From positions 75,531 to 139,530 of the forward strand of contig CAWALN010000022.1 in the NCBI GenBank assembly GCA_963782935.1: DNA of 64,000 bases. The letters run 5' to 3'. The notes under the pieces were generated by a model. The model did no database searches. It had not been told where the DNA came from and was given only the letters and a program-made list of their open reading frames with translations. The stretch's first letter is position 1, and the number at the start of each line of letters is the position of its first letter. Of the stretch, positions 62,296 through 64,000 are shown in pieces. This stretch comes from an uncultured Chloroflexia bacterium. GTDB lineage: Bacteria; Chloroflexota; Anaerolineae; Anaerolineales; Villigracilaceae. The position numbers and the translations under genes were made by a program.

Positions 62296-63502
62296 TTACC
62301 CGCCAATCGAAACCCCGATCAGCTTGCCTACTCCGAAGACCAAGCCCGCCGCAAAAAGGCCAATCAGCACTTGCCGTAAGCCTGAGAATAAGACACTTTT
62401 TCCGGTGAGTAAGAGTAATGGCAGCGCCGGTCAGGAAAAGGGCAATCGCGCCCAGGCTCAAGCTAAGAATGGCTGCCGTAGCCCCTTGCAGAAAGAAATA
62501 AGGGGAGAGCGGGATGATTGCACCAAAGGAGAAAAGAAAGAAAGAGGTGATGGCTGCTTCCCAGGCCGAACCCCCCAACTCTTCCGGATCGATGCCCAAT
62601 TCTTCTCGGGAGAGGGTATCCAGGATTGCACTTTTATCGGCCTGCATCTGGATACCAGCCAGTTCCACAGCCCGGTCTTTTGGCATCCCTTTGGATTGGT
62701 AAATGAGGGCAAGCTCTTCCTGTTCTTCTTGAGGCGCCCGGTTGATCTCTTCTGCCTCGATCTTGATCTGGTTCTGGTAGAGCTCGCGCGAGCTTTGCAC
62801 CGACAGCCATTCGCCCAGGGCCATGGAGCCGGCTCCTGCCAGTAATCCGGCAATCCCCGTAATTAGAACGCCATGTCCGGGTAGATTGGCTCCTGCGGCC
62901 CCCATGATAAGGCTTAGGACCGAAACTAATCCATCATTGGCTCCCAGCACGGCCGCCCGCAAGGCATTGCCTCCGGTGGCGCGATGGCGGCCTTCCAGTT
63001 GGGCGATCTCGCTGCCCATGATCCCCTTTATCCTTCCGGAAGCGGCTGCCACCAGGCGGGCATGGGATTTTTCATCCGCGGACATCCGGCCTGACGCAGA
63101 TACAGCCTCGGGCTGATCATTGTACGCGTTACTATCGGCGGCTTCATTTCCGGCGATGGTCGTTAGCACAAATTGAGGCCCAAACCGTTTTGCCAGGAAG
63201 CTCATTGTTTTCGCCCGCCAGGACGGCCGGCGAAGCGGGGCTTTGGCGCCCGCCTCTTCGAGCATTTTTTCCCAGACGGCTGCATGTTTCTCTTCGCTTT
63301 CCGCCAGGCGGCGATAGACAGCCGAAAGCTCAGGCTTGGTTTCAATTTCAGCCAGGGTAAGATAAAGCGTGGCGCCGTCAATTTCCTTTTGCCAATTCGT
63401 TCGGAAACGGTTGATGTCTTTGGATTGACCCACGGATAAGACCTTTCTGTCTCGGCGGTAGGCACTTATTTTACCGCAAGTTTTTGATGGCGCGTTTCGC
63501 AA
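62296..63502 (-). CDS. VIT1/CCC1-family iron/manganese transporter with an N-terminal ferritin-like domain (frame break near 62400)
   Basis: EIDGATLY..LAESEEKHA ferritin-like helices, then GANDGLVS and C-terminal TM helices. The tail ..LLTGKSVLFSGLRQVLIGL..IGG is in a shifted frame. Confidence 0.75.
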
Positions 63503-63546
63503 GAATGTTATACTTGGCCCTTAGCTTCTCCAGGAAAATACCTCAC

Positions 63547-63888
63547 ATGGACTCAACTTCTCTTGACCGGCTCGTCCTTTTGACTTTTTCCGATTCCCAG
63601 GGAGATCTGCTGATGAAGCAGCTCACGCAGGAGAATTTTCGATTTACTGTGATCAATACCACCGGGGGATTATTGCAAGAGGCTGTCGTTTGTCTGCTGG
63701 TTGGGTTTACCCATGAAAGAATGCCTCTTTTCCTGAAAATAGTCAGGAAGTATTGTCGGGTTCATCGTAAGTACATTCCAACTCAGGGACTCATGCCAAT
63801 GGAGCAGCTCAATTTGCCCATGGTGGAGGCCCAATTGGGTGGGGCGACCATCTATACCATGAATGTTGAAAGGTTCGTGCAAGTATAA
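63547..63888 (+). CDS. cyclic-di-AMP receptor-like protein (DarA/YaaQ, DUF970)
   Basis: LVLLTFSDSQGDLLMKQLTQENFRFTVINTTGG..GGATIYTMNVERF parallels B. subtilis YaaQ motifs. Confidence 0.65.
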   Translation: MDSTSLDRLVLLTFSDSQGDLLMKQLTQENFRFTVINTTGGLLQEAVVCLLVGFTHERMPLFLKIVRKYCRVHRKYIPTQGLMPMEQLNLPMVEAQLGGATIYTMNVERFVQV

Positions 63889-63898
63889 GGAGGAAAAT

Positions 63899-64000
63899 AT
63901 GAAATTGTTATTTATGATTGTCAGGGACATCGATGCCGATAACGTTTTGCAAGGCCTGGTGGATCAAAAATTTAGAGTCACGCGGGTGGCCAGTACGGGG
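63899..64000 (+). CDS. second DarA/YaaQ-like paralogue (5' part; runs off the window)
   Basis: SD AAGGAGG, then MKLLFMIVRDIDADNVLQGLVDQKFRVTRVASTG. Confidence 0.55.
   Translation, partial: MKLLFMIVRDIDADNVLQGLVDQKFRVTRVASTG

Overview
This 64-kb chromosomal window is moderately GC-rich. Its gene content (DUF4012, DUF2723, several glycoside hydrolases, an SPU-type microcompartment locus) tentatively suggests a Chloroflexota/Anaerolineae-like genome; I cannot verify the taxonomy. I can support about 60 protein genes, one tRNA-Val(CAC) with an adjacent tRNA 3' fragment, one complete IS element, and several families of intergenic hairpin and short-word repeats. I found no rRNA and no CRISPR array. 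From left to right the window holds: upp, a response regulator, GH38 and GH1 glycosidases and membrane proteins; a truncated GH3 next to tRNA-Val; trxB, mdh and citrate synthase; a PDH-like E1 alpha/beta pair followed by an unusual lipoyl-PSBD-PglD/NeuD acyltransferase fusion; a cell-envelope cluster (DUF4012, tandem-repeat secreted protein, DUF2723, sortase-like); hydrolases and a GGDEF protein; an ABC-2 transporter operon with an embedded GH29 fucosidase; the IS element; a GntR/HutC regulator; a bacterial microcompartment (BMC) locus with RpiB, DERA, acylating aldehyde dehydrogenase, 1 BMC-H, 1 BMC-T and 3 BMC-P, then SDR and Zn-ADH genes; signalling enzymes; a GH25 lysin-like gene; CobB; GH13; VIT1; and two DarA/YaaQ paralogues. 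Major caveat: roughly half of the genes, including housekeeping genes, are split by single-base frame shifts, several of them at homopolymers. I read these as assembly or consensus errors rather than decay, so the coordinates given are for the reconstructed genes. The two loci most worth follow-up are the E1 alpha/beta + lipoyl-PSBD-PglD/NeuD module (23.3-26.5 kb) and the sugar-phosphate-type BMC locus with its predicted GntR operators (45.5-54.8 kb).
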